From assembly GCA_965644265.1 (NCBI GenBank), contig OZ286459.1, positions 73,656,001 to 73,720,000 of the forward strand: a stretch of DNA of 64,000 nucleotides, in the 5' to 3' direction. This stretch comes from Glycera tridactyla. Lineage: Eukaryota. The notes below the pieces were generated by a model. That model ran no database searches and was not told where the DNA came from. It saw only the letters and a list, made by a program, of their open reading frames with translations. The position numbers were made by a program, and so were the translations under genes. This document shows, piece by piece, positions 61,460-64,000 of the stretch. The first letter of the stretch is position 1, and every line of letters starts with the position of its first letter.

Positions 61460-63920
61460 GGCAGGCCACCTCCCTTTCGATGCATGTGACCCCAGGTCAA
61501 AGGTCAAGGTCACAGGAGCTATTTATAGATTTTCCCATTTTACACTCTGATCCAAGCCAGCTCTGATGGATATGCACCAAACTTACACAATGTAATGACT
61601 TGATGGTAGGCCACCTCCCTTTCGATGCATGTGACCCCATGTCAAAGGTCAAGGTCACAGGAACTATTTATAGATTTTCCCATTTCACACTCTAACTCAA
61701 GCGAGATGGATATGCATCAAACTTACCCAAAGTTATGACCTAATGGTAGGCCACCTCCCTTCCTATGCATGTGACCCCAGGTCAAAGGTCGAGGTCACAT
61801 CAGCTATTTATATATTTTCCCATTTTACGCTCTAACTCAAGCGAGCTTTGATGGATATGCACCAAACTTACACAAAGTGATGACCTAATGGTAGGCCACC
61901 TGCCTTCAGATGCATGTGACCCCAGGTCAAAGGTCAAGGTCACAGGAACTATTTATAGATTTTCCCATTTCACACTCTAACTCAAGCGAGATGGATATGC
62001 ATCAAACTTACCCAAAGTTATGACCTAATGGTAGGCCACCTCCCTTCCTATGCATGTGACCCCAGGTCAAAGGTCGAGGTCACATCAGCTATTTATATAT
62101 TTTCCCATTTTACGCTCTAACTCAAGCGAGCTTTGATGGATATGCACCAAACTTACACAAAGTGATGACCTAATGGTAGGCCACCTGCCTTCAGATGCAT
62201 GTGACCCCAGGTCAAAGGTCAAGGTCACAGGAGCTATTTATAGATTTTCCCATTTTACACTCTGATCCAAGCCAGCTCTGATGGATATGCACCAAACTTA
62301 CACAATGTAATGACTTGATGGTAGGCCACCTCCCTTTCGATGCATGTGACCCCATGTCAAAGGTCAAGGTCACAGGAACTATTTATAGATTTTCCCATTT
62401 CACACTCTAACTCAAGCGAGATGGATATGCATCAAACTTACCCAAAGTTATGACCTAATGGTAGGCCACCTCCCTTCCTATGCATGTGACCCCAGGTCAA
62501 AGGTCGAGGTCACATCAGCTATTTATATATTTTCCCATTTTACGCTCTAACTCAAGCGAGCTTTGATGGATATGCACCAAACTTACACAAAGTGATGACC
62601 TAATGGTAGGCCACCTGCCTTCAGATGCATGTGACCCCAGGTCAAAGGTCAAGGTCACAGGAGCTACCGTAAATGACGTAATAATCGCCCTGGGCGCTTA
62701 TTAGGATCATCGCTGAGTGAAGACGGGGGATGGGCGATTATTAGGGATATCTCCATGCCGGGTGAAGACTGATGCTGAAACGATGTTTTTCGCTGATCCC
62801 GATCGCTCTCTGAATGCCTACAGTACAGCCGCAAGTCAATAGATGGTACAAATCGCGCGATAAATGACTACTAGAGTGTTTGACGATCGTTTTCGCCATA
62901 AACGTGATGAAAACACGTGGGAAATATAACGATTCAAGCGCGCCGCCATTTTGAATCCGACCAGGTCACATGATCAGCATCATCTCGTGACCTCGTGACA
63001 ACAACTAGACACAACAATGACGCGGAATGCTATTAAAGAAGCCGGCCTTTCGTCAGTGTTCGTTTATATCACGAAATACATGTTTATTCGGCATTGACAC
63101 GTGTTTTTAATGGCGGGAACCACTTCATCATGGATATATACTATAAATCATTGGGGTATGAAGCGTGAACGATGTATCAATAGCCGGGGTAAGGCGCGAA
63201 TTGGCTTCCCTACCAACTGTCAACACGGTTTTCTTTGTTCTATCACTGGGCTCGTCGCTAATTGCAATTGATGAAACTGATCGTTAGTGGTGTCGATTGG
63301 CATCTCTCCATGTTTGAACTGTATTCTTCTTTGATGACCGTTGTCGATATTCGCAATCCGCAGACTGGGCGATTAAAAGGAACTTTCCCGTGACTAGGAA
63401 TCATCTCAAAGTTGGGGGGTGGGCGTTTATTGAAGCATGGGCGATTATTACGTCATTTACGGTATCTATAGATTTTCCCATTTCACACTCTAACTCAAGC
63501 GAGCTTTGATGGATATGCACCAATCCTACACAAAGTAATGACCTAATGGTAGGCCACCTCCTTTCGATGCATGTGACCCCAGGTCAAAGGTCAAGGTCAC
63601 AGGAGCTATTTATATATTCTCCCATTTGCACACTCTAACTCAAGAGAGCTCCGATGGATATACACCAATCTTACACAAAGTAATGACCTAATGGTAGGCC
63701 ACCTCCTTTACGATGCATTTGATCCTAGGTCAAAGGTCAAGGTCACAGGAGCTATTCACAAATTTTCTCATTTCACACTCCAGCTCAAGCTTGCATCGAT
63801 CGATATGCACCGAAGTTTCACAACGTAAAGACCCAATGGTGAGATATCTCCCATTTGATGCATGTGACCCTGCGTCAAAGGTCAAGGCCATAGGAGCTAT
63901 TTTCAAATTTCCGCATCCCA
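61460..63920. repeat. 140/145-bp satellite array (~11.5 units) with higher-order structure
   Basis: GGCCACC anchors at 61464, 61609, 61749, 61894, 62034, 62179, 62324, 62464, 62609, 63552 and 63697. Conserved GGTCAAAGGTCAAGGTCAC. Confidence 0.96.
62667..63462 (+). mobile_element. 796-bp non-autonomous Tc1/pogo-type element inserted in the satellite
   Basis: Perfect 24-bp TIR CCGTAAATGACGTAATAATCGCCC. TA TSD (62665-62666, 63463-63464). CpG-rich interior with no ORF. Confidence 0.95.
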
Positions 63921-64000
63921 CACAATAACTCAGGCTAGCATTGTTGGATGAAGATCAAACTGATCTGGGATGATCAAGCAATGTTACAACATCTCCCTTA

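Overview
Eukaryotic (animal, probably invertebrate) scaffold DNA: AT-rich, CpG-depleted background, two N gaps (14132-14312, 59843-59985). I cannot support any intact protein-coding, rRNA or tRNA gene, or a CRISPR array. The supplied ORFs are short or produced by micro/minisatellites and MITEs. The window is a transposon graveyard. It holds many TA-flanked Tc1/mariner-pogo-type MITEs, hAT-type MITEs with verifiable target-site duplications (TSDs), Helentron/DINE-1-like elements, at least three SINE-like families and LINE remnants (one clear ORF2 C-terminal CCHC fragment at ~36.0-36.3 kb). It also has 33-, 43-, 51- and 140/145-bp tandem repeats and a ~1.29-kb near-identical tandem duplication. 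The best leads are structural: a 113-bp inverted repeat pair bracketing 1.72 kb with no TSD, a pre-miRNA-shaped hairpin at 56.7 kb, a 59-bp hAT-like element with a perfect 8-bp TSD, a CAGGG-ended element with a 5-bp TSD, a mosaic CCGTA-MITE group, and a higher-order satellite whose homogenised part stops at a MITE insertion. All counts and identities were made by eye. I found no convincing novel gene system.
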